10,127 nt of DNA, taken from contig JBHLQH010000071.1 of the NCBI GenBank assembly GCA_048884965.1, positions 1 to 10,127 on the forward strand, given 5' to 3'. This document shows positions 1 through 7,176 of this stretch, in pieces. Every line of letters begins with the position of its first letter. Positions within the stretch are counted from its first letter, which is position 1. The notes beneath the pieces were generated by a model that worked only from the letters and a program-made list of their open reading frames with translations, made no database searches and was not told the DNA's origin. Source of the stretch: Candidatus Thorarchaeota archaeon. GTDB taxonomy: Archaea > Asgardarchaeota > Thorarchaeia > Thorarchaeales > Thorarchaeaceae. The position numbers were made by a program, and so were the translations under genes.

Positions 1-641
1 TCAGCAGAGATTATGAATCGTGTCATATCTCCGTGTGTAAGTGGAATTGGTTCTCCATCCGTGATTTTCTGTTTGAAAAAGGGAATTATAGAGCCCGTAC
101 TGGCAAGTACGTTGCCATATCGTACTGAGCTCATTTTCATTCTTGATCTACCTTTGCTGTAGTTCATTTCAGTGAAGATTCTCTCACCTAATAGCTTACA
201 AGCACCATACGAATTAAGCGGCGAGCATGCTTTGTCTGTCGATACAAAAAGAGCCCTCTCCACATCATGTTTCATTGCGGCATTGGCAACGTTCAAACTT
301 CCTAGAATGTTGGTTTTAATTGATTCTTCGACATTATACTCAATCATATCAATTCTTTTGAGAGCCGCAGCGTGAATAACAACATCAACATTTTCCATAG
401 CCCTGGAAACGCGATCAAAGTCCCTTACATCTCCAATAAGATTTCGCAAACGTTCACATTGAGGATGTGACCCAAATATATTGTTGAATCTATAATGTTT
501 CACCTCATCGCGACTAAATATCCTGATTGATTGCGGTTCATACTCAAGAAATCTGGAAACTAAAGTTCTTCCCAGAAAACCAGTTCCCCCCGTGATTAGA
601 ACTACTTTATCTTGAATTATATCCCAGATTTGATCTTCCAT
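1..641 (-). CDS. pseB: UDP-N-acetylglucosamine 4,6-dehydratase (PseB/FlaA1/CapD-like SDR), 3' end runs off the window
   Basis: Not in the ORF track. Manual translation from ATG at 641 gives MEDQIWDIIQDKVVLITGGTGFLG...IFSRDEVKH...IGDVRD...VIHAAALK...KTNILGS...STDKACSPLNSYGACK...VRYGNVLASTGSIIPFF...MTRF. It has the TGGTGxxG Rossmann motif, SRDE, STDKA, YxxxK and RYGNV. The frame is open to position 1. pseB is preferred over other CapD-like enzymes because of the neighbouring pseI. Confidence 0.88.
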   Translation of the reverse strand, partial: MEDQIWDIIQDKVVLITGGTGFLGRTLVSRFLEYEPQSIRIFSRDEVKHYRFNNIFGSHPQCERLRNLIGDVRDFDRVSRAMENVDVVIHAAALKRIDMIEYNVEESIKTNILGSLNVANAAMKHDVERALFVSTDKACSPLNSYGACKLLGERIFTEMNYSKGRSRMKMSSVRYGNVLASTGSIIPFFKQKITDGEPIPLTHGDMTRFIISA

Positions 642-718
642 CTTATTCAAAGGCTTTCCACTCTCAATTCGGATGATACGGCTTAATGCAGCTTTCAGAC
701 TCACCAATTTGAATGTTA

Positions 719-1489
719 TTATCCACTTCTGGTATCAGACTCTGTGAAGTGTTTCTGCTTCACTGTTCTATTTATGAGAGGGACCTCAGGATTATTATCT
801 AAGAATCGGATAATCTCTCTATATTCTGTGGTGATCAAACGTGCTTTGAAGTTCTCATATATCCTCAATATAACTTCCAAGTCAGTAGTTGTATCTACAC
901 ACAATCTGTATTTGGGACGTGACACATCTGAAGGTGGATCTATATATCTGACACTGAATCTATCTTGGTGCGTGTACAAGTAGGGCATCACATGTTCACG
1001 TTCATATTGTTTTGAGGCATTTTTCATTGCTTCTGCTATTGCAGAGAACCTTGCGACTTCTACATCAAACCCTCGAGGATATGCCACTGGTTTATCCTCG
1101 CCGATTGTTATTGTCAAATAATCTACCTCATTCTCATGAAATTTTTCCAATGCAAAATCGATGATTTGAGCTGAAATCAGAGGGCAATCACCAGTAATCC
1201 TGACAATGGTACTGGGATTGTATTTCATTCCAGCATGATAGAAACGAGATAATACATCATCCTCTGATCCTCTGAAGACATCAAATCCTAGTGATTCAAC
1301 ATGATGTGCCAATATAGCATCTTGCTCACTAGTAGATGTCGCTAATACAATATTGTCTATTGATGATGCTTGTTTTACTCTTCTCAAAACCAGTTCAATT
1401 ATGGACCATTCGCCCACATGTTCTAGCGGTTTTCCGGGGAATCGCGAAGATCCCATTCTCGCTTGGATTATTGCAAGTGTTGATGTCAT
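719..1489 (-). CDS. spsF: SpsF-family cytidylyltransferase (CMP-nonulosonate synthetase-like, CTP_transf_3)
   Basis: Motifs AIIQARMGSSRFPGK, FRGSEDDVLSRF, VRITGDCPL, YPRGFDVEV, EREHVMPY and RLCVDTxxD. Start reassigned from 1516 to ATG 1489 (MTSTLAIIQAR), which matches the family N-terminus and removes the overlap with the pseI ORF. Confidence 0.9.
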   Translation of the reverse strand: MTSTLAIIQARMGSSRFPGKPLEHVGEWSIIELVLRRVKQASSIDNIVLATSTSEQDAILAHHVESLGFDVFRGSEDDVLSRFYHAGMKYNPSTIVRITGDCPLISAQIIDFALEKFHENEVDYLTITIGEDKPVAYPRGFDVEVARFSAIAEAMKNASKQYEREHVMPYLYTHQDRFSVRYIDPPSDVSRPKYRLCVDTTTDLEVILRIYENFKARLITTEYREIIRFLDNNPEVPLINRTVKQKHFTESDTRSG

Positions 1490-1535
1490 TCTAAGCAATC
1501 CCACAATGAGATGCAATTGATTTCATTGGATGAGC

Positions 1536-1581
1536 TATTTAAACCTAGCAATCGGAGGACATATTTCAGAATCTATAAATA
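1536..1581. promoter_or_regulatory. Divergent archaeal TATA boxes for spsF-pseB (-) and pseI (+)
   Basis: TTTAAATA on the - strand at 1536-1543, about 47 nt before the spsF ATG. TATAAATA on the + strand at 1574-1581, preceded by a purine-rich CAGAA and about 32 nt before the pseI ATG. Confidence 0.6.
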
Positions 1582-1612
1582 TCCACCACTGAGCTTGGAG
1601 ATAGGCGATGAT

Positions 1613-2662
1613 ATGGCTGAGGTTACAATAGGAACACGAAAGGTTGGCGATAAGCACCCTGTATTCATAGTTGCAGAATTATCTGCAAATCACTTGCAGC
1701 GTTTTGATCTTGCTCTTAGGCTAATTGATGCCGCAAAAGAAGCTGGCGCAGATGCCATCAAACTTCAAACATATACGCCTGACACGATTACTATCAACAG
1801 CGACAAAGAATACTTCCAGATTAAGCAAGGCACTATCTGGGATGGGACTACTCTTTACAAATTATATGAAGAAGCATATACTCCATGGGATTGGCAACCG
1901 AAGCTAAAAGAATACGCAGAATCCCTTGGTCTAGTTTGTTTCTCAGCTCCCTTCGATCCCACTGCAGTTGATTTCCTTGAAAAGATGCATAATCCAGCCT
2001 ATAAAGTTGCATCCTTCGAAATTACGGATACTCCCCTAATCAAGTATATGGCCTCAAAAGGCAAGCCTATGATCATATCAACGGGTATTGCAACTCGTGA
2101 GGACATCAATGAAGCAGTGGAAACATGTAGAACTGCCGGAAATGATCAGATCATTCTGCTGAAATGCACTTCTGCCTATCCAACTCCATTGAGCGATGTG
2201 AATCTGAGAACCATACCGGACATCGCTACAAGATATAACACATTGGTAGGCCTCTCGGACCATTCTATTGGCATATCGGTTCCTATCGCTGCGGTTTCAC
2301 TCGGAGCATGTTTGGTGGAGAAACATCTGATCATTGATAGATCTCAAGGAGGTCCAGATGCTGCGTTCTCACTGGAACCAGCTGAATTCAAAGAGATGGT
2401 AACTGCAATAAGACAGGTAGAAGAAGCTCTTGGAACTGCCAATTACAATCTTACTGATAAGATGAAAAGAAGTAGAGAATTTGCACGATCTCTATTCGCG
2501 ATAAAAGACATCATGCAAGGGGAAACATTGACAGAAGAGAATGTACGCTCAGTTAGACCTGCATATGGACTACCTCCGAGGTTCTTAGACAAAGTAATAG
2601 GCATGAGAGCAAAAGTTGAGATAGAAAAAGGAACTCCTCTTTCGTGGGAGATTATTGAATAA
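1613..2662 (+). CDS. pseI: Pseudaminic acid synthase (NeuB family, C-terminal SAF domain)
   Basis: Motifs FIVAELSANH, GADAIKLQTYTPDTIT, WDGTTLYKLYEEAYTPWDW, YKVASFEITD, LLKCTSAYP, GLSDHS and EKH, plus the SAF tail RSLFAIKDI...VRPAYGLPP. The QTYTPDTIT and TPWxW stretches are typical of PseI. Start reassigned to ATG 1613 (MAEVTIG), downstream of the TATA box. Confidence 0.92.
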   Translation: MAEVTIGTRKVGDKHPVFIVAELSANHLQRFDLALRLIDAAKEAGADAIKLQTYTPDTITINSDKEYFQIKQGTIWDGTTLYKLYEEAYTPWDWQPKLKEYAESLGLVCFSAPFDPTAVDFLEKMHNPAYKVASFEITDTPLIKYMASKGKPMIISTGIATREDINEAVETCRTAGNDQIILLKCTSAYPTPLSDVNLRTIPDIATRYNTLVGLSDHSIGISVPIAAVSLGACLVEKHLIIDRSQGGPDAAFSLEPAEFKEMVTAIRQVEEALGTANYNLTDKMKRSREFARSLFAIKDIMQGETLTEENVRSVRPAYGLPPRFLDKVIGMRAKVEIEKGTPLSWEIIE

Positions 2663-2673
2663 TCAAAAGACGG

Positions 2674-3444
2674 ATGATCATTTTGAAATTCATTGATACT
2701 CATTGCCATCTTGACGATTCCGGTTTTAATTCGGATTTGGATTCAATCATCGAATCGTCAAACTTGAATCAGATTGGTATTATCTCGTCCTCAATCACAA
2801 GGAGTACTTGGCAAAAGGGAGCGGAAATTGCTTCAAAGTACGAGAATGTATTTCTGTCCTTGGGACTTGATCCATCTAATTTCAATGATGTTTCCTATGC
2901 AGTTGACATGATCCGCAACTGCAAGGAAGATATAGTAGCTATCGGTGAGATAGGTCTCGACCACTATATAGTAAGAGATCATGGAGAAAGAGAATTGCAA
3001 GAGATTGCTTTTATGAAACTACTAGGAGTGGCTTCAGAACTGAAACTACCAGTTCAGATTCATTCAAGGTCAGCAGGAAAAGCAACATTAGATATCTTGT
3101 ATCGGTCCCACGATGGAGAAGTCCAAATGCATGCCTTTGATGGAAAAAGTGGCTACGCGAGAATTGCCTCGCAAGACTATGGTTACTATTTCTCCATTCC
3201 TACATCAGTAGTAAGATCTCCACAGAAGCAAAAACTAGTCAAAGCTGTTGAAATTGAACGTTTACTGGTTGAAACTGATAGTCCAGTACTTGCCGCAGAA
3301 AAATCAACGAGAAATGAACCTGCGAATCTACCAATTGCAGTTGCAGAAATCTCCAAGATACTCAGAAGAAATGAGGAAGAAGTAAGAGAGATAATCCTAG
3401 AGAATACTCTGAGGTTGTACAAGAAAATCAATCCAGTTCGATAG
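2674..3444 (+). CDS. tatD: TatD-family metal-dependent DNase/hydrolase
   Basis: IDTHCHL, AIGEIGLD, QIHSR, MHAF and LLVETDSP are all intact, followed by RNEPANL. The true start may be TTG 2683, after GGATGA. Confidence 0.93.
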   Translation: MIILKFIDTHCHLDDSGFNSDLDSIIESSNLNQIGIISSSITRSTWQKGAEIASKYENVFLSLGLDPSNFNDVSYAVDMIRNCKEDIVAIGEIGLDHYIVRDHGERELQEIAFMKLLGVASELKLPVQIHSRSAGKATLDILYRSHDGEVQMHAFDGKSGYARIASQDYGYYFSIPTSVVRSPQKQKLVKAVEIERLLVETDSPVLAAEKSTRNEPANLPIAVAEISKILRRNEEEVREIILENTLRLYKKINPVR

Positions 3445-3477
3445 CCTTAAACACTTGAAGAATTCCATTTAGAAAAT

Positions 3478-4128
3478 ATGATTTCTGATAAAGAGCTCCT
3501 TCAGATCATTACTGAAACGTCCGATAAGGAATCAAGAGATGAATGGATTGCTATTCAGAGAAACTCAGACCTACCTCTCTATAACTACCGACTTGATCAT
3601 ATCAAACGCGTAGTTAACTTGTCGAAATTAATCGGAAGAGATGTAGATGCCAATATGGAAATAGTCGAACTAGCAGCATGGCTGCATGATATAGCAAAAC
3701 CAGGAATGGGAGGAGTCAAAAACCACGGGGTTGAGAGTGCCAAAATTGCTAAGGCAATATTACTTGAACATGGATATCCCCGCAATACAATTGATTCAGT
3801 TTGCGATGTGATTAGAAAGCATGTTGGTCTTACCTTAGATATCCCATTGCTACCAATAGAAGCACAAGTGGTCTGGGAAGCAGATAAACTTGACAAATTA
3901 GGGATGATAGGTTTCATTCATTACATAATTAACGGAATAAAGATTCATCCAGGAAGGAGTATGAATGAGATGGCTGAGTCCTTAAAGGAATATCTTCCAC
4001 TTGCAGAGAAAATCGAAAGGAGTATGAGTTCAGCAACTGCCAAGAGAATTGCTAAGAAAAGGTTGAAGCATCTCAATGAAATCTCATCTCGTCTCGATGA
4101 AGAATTCACTGACAATGAAATGGTGTGA
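3478..4128 (+). CDS. HD-superfamily phosphohydrolase
   Basis: H...HD...D signature: RLDHIKRV, AAWLHDIAK, NHGVESA, IRKH, EAQVVWEADKLDKLG. Confidence 0.9.
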   Translation: MISDKELLQIITETSDKESRDEWIAIQRNSDLPLYNYRLDHIKRVVNLSKLIGRDVDANMEIVELAAWLHDIAKPGMGGVKNHGVESAKIAKAILLEHGYPRNTIDSVCDVIRKHVGLTLDIPLLPIEAQVVWEADKLDKLGMIGFIHYIINGIKIHPGRSMNEMAESLKEYLPLAEKIERSMSSATAKRIAKKRLKHLNEISSRLDEEFTDNEMV

Positions 4129-4131
4129 TTA

Positions 4132-4953
4132 ATGATGAAGGCTCCGAGTTTGAAAGCTGGTATTCTTACTATAGGAAATGAAGTATTAGATGGCCTTATT
4201 CTTGACACAAACGCCAACTGGATTGAACAGCAGCTCGTCAAACTAGGAGTGGAGATGCGATGTGTGGTATCTGTTAGAGATGAAGTTGAAGAGATAGGAC
4301 AAGGCTTGGCATTCCTTATGGAACGATGTGATTTTGTAATCACCTCTGGGGGACTGGGACCGACCCATGATGATATGACTCTTTTATCAATAGCAAAATC
4401 ACTTGAGAGAGAACTTGTATTGAATCCGAAAGGACTTGAAATAGTTTCAAGACAATATGAGATGCTATATGAGAAGGGTATGGTTCAATCGCCTAATCTG
4501 ACGGAAAGTAGGAGAAAGATGGCAATATTGCCAGAGGGAGCCATCGCGTTGGATAACACCGTGGGAGGAGCACCAGGAGTAATGCTGAATCAGAAGGATA
4601 GAACTATCTTCTGTCTTCCAGGAGTACCTGCTGAGCTAAAGGACATATGGGAAAGTGGAGTGAAGCCCTGGGTCCTAGCGAACACTATCGGAGCTTATTA
4701 TCAGGAAATTGTTGATTTTGAGGTCGTGGATGAGTCAATCCTCGCACCGCATATCAAGGAAGCAATGAAAGAAAATCCAGATGTTTGGATTAAATCGATG
4801 CCTAAACGGTATGGTACAACAAGGATCATGCGAGTGTGGATCTCATCAAGAGGAGAAGAAATGACATTGGCACAACAAAGAGTCAAAATAGCAATTCACG
4901 CTCTTGAGAGAATTTCGGGATTGCACCTATATTTACCTGAGACCAAAGACTAG
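4132..4953 (+). CDS. cinA: CinA-like protein (COG1058 molybdopterin-binding-type domain; putative ADP-ribose/FAD pyrophosphatase), no PncC domain
   Basis: Motifs ILTIGNEVLDGLILDTNA, SGGLGPTHDDMT, GGAPG and LPGVPAE. At 273 aa it has the archaeal short form, with a C-terminal extension (DESILAP...PDVWIKS). Confidence 0.88.
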   Translation: MMKAPSLKAGILTIGNEVLDGLILDTNANWIEQQLVKLGVEMRCVVSVRDEVEEIGQGLAFLMERCDFVITSGGLGPTHDDMTLLSIAKSLERELVLNPKGLEIVSRQYEMLYEKGMVQSPNLTESRRKMAILPEGAIALDNTVGGAPGVMLNQKDRTIFCLPGVPAELKDIWESGVKPWVLANTIGAYYQEIVDFEVVDESILAPHIKEAMKENPDVWIKSMPKRYGTTRIMRVWISSRGEEMTLAQQRVKIAIHALERISGLHLYLPETKD

Positions 4954-5011
4954 AAGACCCGATAAGTATATTCACTGGTTATCATAGGAAATGCGATAGG
5001 AATGAGATGAA

Positions 5012-5782
5012 ATGCAGTTTGACTTCGCTCTGACCCAAACGGATGTTGTTGTCTTCTTCATCGCAGTAATCTATGCTGTGTTTGTGCTTACTGTTGCAGA
5101 TATCGCGAGAAGGAAGCTGAATATGGGATCAGATTTCACTCGAAAGATCGTGCATTTATTTGCAGGGTTGGCAATTTGGACTGTTCCATATTACACTCAT
5201 TCTTGGGTAGCAACATTCGTTGCTTTATTGTTTGCAGTATTTCTATTGCTAGCGAATAATCAGAGATTCAGTAAATTCTTCTCAGCTATGGCACGCCCAG
5301 AGGATGTGGAACATGGAAGCGTCAGAGGTCCGTTCTGGTATGCGGTATCAATAACCGTTCTTACTGGAATCTTTACGTTCCTAGGGTTTGAATCGATATA
5401 TTTCATCGCAGCTGCATCTATTCAAATGATGATGTTTGGTGATGGTATGTCAGCCCCAATCGGTATGAAATATGGGAAGAATCATACTAGAACCATATTG
5501 GGGTCCCATAGGAGCCTACAGGGGTCTCTGGCTCTATTCATTTTCTCGTTCATTGGAGCATTGATTGCCTTCTGGTTCTTTGGAATACTAAACTACGGAA
5601 CATTAGCACCGGGAGGAGCAATCCTTTGGAATGAAATATTTGTACTTGCGCTTATTGGAAGCGTTACTGCAACACTAGTAGAACTAGTAAGTCCAAAAGG
5701 TACAGATAATATTCTCTTGCCTTTCACTAGTTGTGCCGTAATGATAGTTGTTGGAATCGTGCTAGGTGTAGTAGTCTTCTAG
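5012..5782 (+). CDS. CTP-dependent polyprenol/phytol/dolichol/diacylglycerol kinase-family membrane protein (SEC59/VTE5/DGK1-like)
   Basis: Multi-pass hydrophobic protein with TRKIVHL, GPFWY, FGDGMSAPIGMKYGK, RSLQGS (the K-S-x-E-G position) and DNILLP. Confidence 0.85.
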   Translation: MQFDFALTQTDVVVFFIAVIYAVFVLTVADIARRKLNMGSDFTRKIVHLFAGLAIWTVPYYTHSWVATFVALLFAVFLLLANNQRFSKFFSAMARPEDVEHGSVRGPFWYAVSITVLTGIFTFLGFESIYFIAAASIQMMMFGDGMSAPIGMKYGKNHTRTILGSHRSLQGSLALFIFSFIGALIAFWFFGILNYGTLAPGGAILWNEIFVLALIGSVTATLVELVSPKGTDNILLPFTSCAVMIVVGIVLGVVVF

Positions 5783-6339
5783 CGACCGGGTTCAACGACC
5801 AATCTATAATAGTACGTTCGTCCAGCTGTGGGACTATCTCGCTCAATTCGAATCACTTGTCCTACTCTTGCACCAAGAACACGAGCAGCAGGATCTTCAC
5901 GTGCAATTCTAGGTAGCTGCGTCTTCTTGATCCCGTAGTGGTCAGTAACCATCGATACTTCATCATCTGATGCTATGACATGCTTTGGAACAATCTCATG
6001 ACCAAATAGCTCAAAAGAGGCGTAACCACCTTCGACAAGTTCCACTCGGGATTGACGGGCTTGCTTCTTAGCGGCAGGAGTAAATCGAGACCCACCTACA
6101 AGCATCCCTTCCTGAGATTCATTCTCTTCCATTGCACGTACTAGATCACGAACAAGAGCAACGCCGACCACCTTGGGCTCCTTGTATATCCAGACAACCT
6201 TCTTCACAGTTGTGTCCTTAACCTCTTTAGTAGGGAACATGACCCAGCGATTTTCATATTCCAAGAGTTCGCTTACTTCAAAACCTCTTAGATTCAAGAG
6301 ATTTCTGGTTTTTATAATGATGTCTGGAAGTTCGACCAA
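5779..6339 (-). CDS. rpo5: DNA-directed RNA polymerase subunit Rpo5/RpoH with an N-terminal restriction-endonuclease-fold (RPB5 jaw/Mrr-like) domain
   Basis: The C-terminal ~78 aa are a clear Rpb5_C/RpoH domain: HEIVPKH...QLPRIAREDPAARVLGARVGQVIRIERDSPTAGRTYYYRLVV. Start reassigned to TTG 6339, 5 nt after GGGTGA (SD), giving 186 aa. Confidence 0.93.
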   Translation of the reverse strand: MVELPDIIIKTRNLLNLRGFEVSELLEYENRWVMFPTKEVKDTTVKKVVWIYKEPKVVGVALVRDLVRAMEENESQEGMLVGGSRFTPAAKKQARQSRVELVEGGYASFELFGHEIVPKHVIASDDEVSMVTDHYGIKKTQLPRIAREDPAARVLGARVGQVIRIERDSPTAGRTYYYRLVVEPGR

Positions 6340-6362
6340 AGTATTCACCCTAGAGTGCTGAA

Positions 6363-6424
6363 ATGGGTTGCTCTTGCGTCGGCATATAAGGATTGCCAAG
6401 TGTATAAGGATTCGATGGGTTGCT
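6363..6424. repeat. Nested 10-bp direct repeats (A-B-B-A) upstream of rpo5
   Basis: ATGGGTTGCT at 6363-6372 and 6415-6424. TATAAGGATT at 6385-6394 and 6403-6412; on the - strand these read as TATA-like CCTTATA. Confidence 0.6.
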
Positions 6425-6469
6425 TGAAATATCTTGTCAAGTAAGAAAATATTCACTCAATCTGTATAA

Positions 6470-6592
6470 TCAATCATCCAGATATTCCCGCATCGGTTGA
6501 TTGCAGCAGACTAATGTGCCCACACCAGATTTTTGCACAACAATGATTTGTTGGCAGATATCACAGACATATGTTGCTCCTTCTTTTGCCAT
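6470..6592 (-). CDS. Standalone desulforedoxin (Fe-Cys4) protein, 40 aa
   Basis: Manual translation: MAKEGATYVCDICQQIIVVQKSGVGTLVCCNQPMREYLDD*. It has the CxxC-x15-CC pattern with YxCxxC and GxGxLxCCxxPM. A GGAGG SD lies at 6604-6608. The gene is below the ORF-track size cut-off. Confidence 0.9.
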   Translation of the reverse strand: MAKEGATYVCDICQQIIVVQKSGVGTLVCCNQPMREYLDD

Positions 6593-6749
6593 TGCATGCT
6601 AAGCCTCCATTCTAACGTAATATGAGGCTCGAAAGGTCAATTTATGGCTTTCCTATGATTTCTTCCGCAAAACCTATCAAATTAACTAGCTAAGATAGTT
6701 TCAAATACTGCCATGATAAATGGTTGTTAACAGGTATGAGGCGATTCGC

Positions 6750-7175
6750 TTGGCTGGGTTAACAAAGGGAATGATTGCTGACGTACGAAATGAGAAGCAG
6801 ATTACTCTCCCAGAGGTCTTCTTCAATAATCCAATCTTAGCAGACATGAAGGCTGCCATGGTCATCTACTTTGAGAGATCGGGAGAAATCAGATTGATTC
6901 CAATGATGAGAATTGGAGGAGCTCGAGTACGACTTGAAGTAGAGAAAGTGAATCCTGCACTGATGCAAATCATGACCCAGCTCTTCAAACAATATGATTT
7001 GAAGGTCCTCTTTACAACAGGATTCTGCTTCGAACAGAACCGCTGTGTCTATGAGGTGTTCTTTGAAACAGATGATATCGATGACAAGGAAAGCAGGATA
7101 AGGAATACTATTGAAAACATCCCAGGTCTATTTGAAAGCGAATTCGAAATCCTAGAGATTGGAAAGGGTTGGTAA
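6750..7175 (+). CDS. Putative regulator: AbrB/SpoVT-like N-terminus plus ACT-like C-terminal domain
   Basis: The N-terminal IADVRNEKQITLP...MVIYFERSGEIRLIP resembles the AbrB swapped hairpin. The C-terminal ~80 aa show a beta-alpha-beta-beta-alpha-beta pattern ending IENIPGLFESEFEIL. Likely start is TTG 6750 after GAGGCGA; the ORF is open from ATG 6720. Confidence 0.55.
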   Translation: MAGLTKGMIADVRNEKQITLPEVFFNNPILADMKAAMVIYFERSGEIRLIPMMRIGGARVRLEVEKVNPALMQIMTQLFKQYDLKVLFTTGFCFEQNRCVYEVFFETDDIDDKESRIRNTIENIPGLFESEFEILEIGKGW

Positions 7176-7176
7176 C

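Noticed and set aside
172-375. 67-aa + strand ORF
   Set aside because: Antisense shadow of the PseB-like gene, which has clear family motifs.
1490-1612. N-terminal extensions making spsF and pseI overlap head-to-head
   Set aside because: Longest-ORF artefacts. The region holds two TATA boxes, and the family N-termini begin at 1489 and 1613.
6016-6339. Active Mrr restriction endonuclease or defence system
   Set aside because: No catalytic D...(Q/E)xK motif is visible and no defence genes are adjacent. It is better explained as an RPB5-type jaw domain.
6363-6424. Mini-CRISPR array or transposon ends
   Set aside because: The repeats are only 10 bp with irregular spacing, and there are no cas or transposase genes.
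6340-6456. Additional 39-aa N-terminal extension of Rpo5 in the ORF track
   Set aside because: It covers the promoter-like repeat region. The GGGTGA SD supports TTG 6339 as the start.
6434-6472. Selenocysteine read-through of the desulforedoxin TGA
   Set aside because: The TGA falls after the complete domain, at a non-Cys position. Another TGA follows shortly and no SECIS was recognised.
6530-6534. Possible frameshift in the desulforedoxin A-run
   Set aside because: A recount gives five A (CAA AAA TCT), so the frame is intact.
6684-6700. AACTA-N7-TAGTT inverted repeat
   Set aside because: 5-bp arms in AT-rich DNA are expected by chance.
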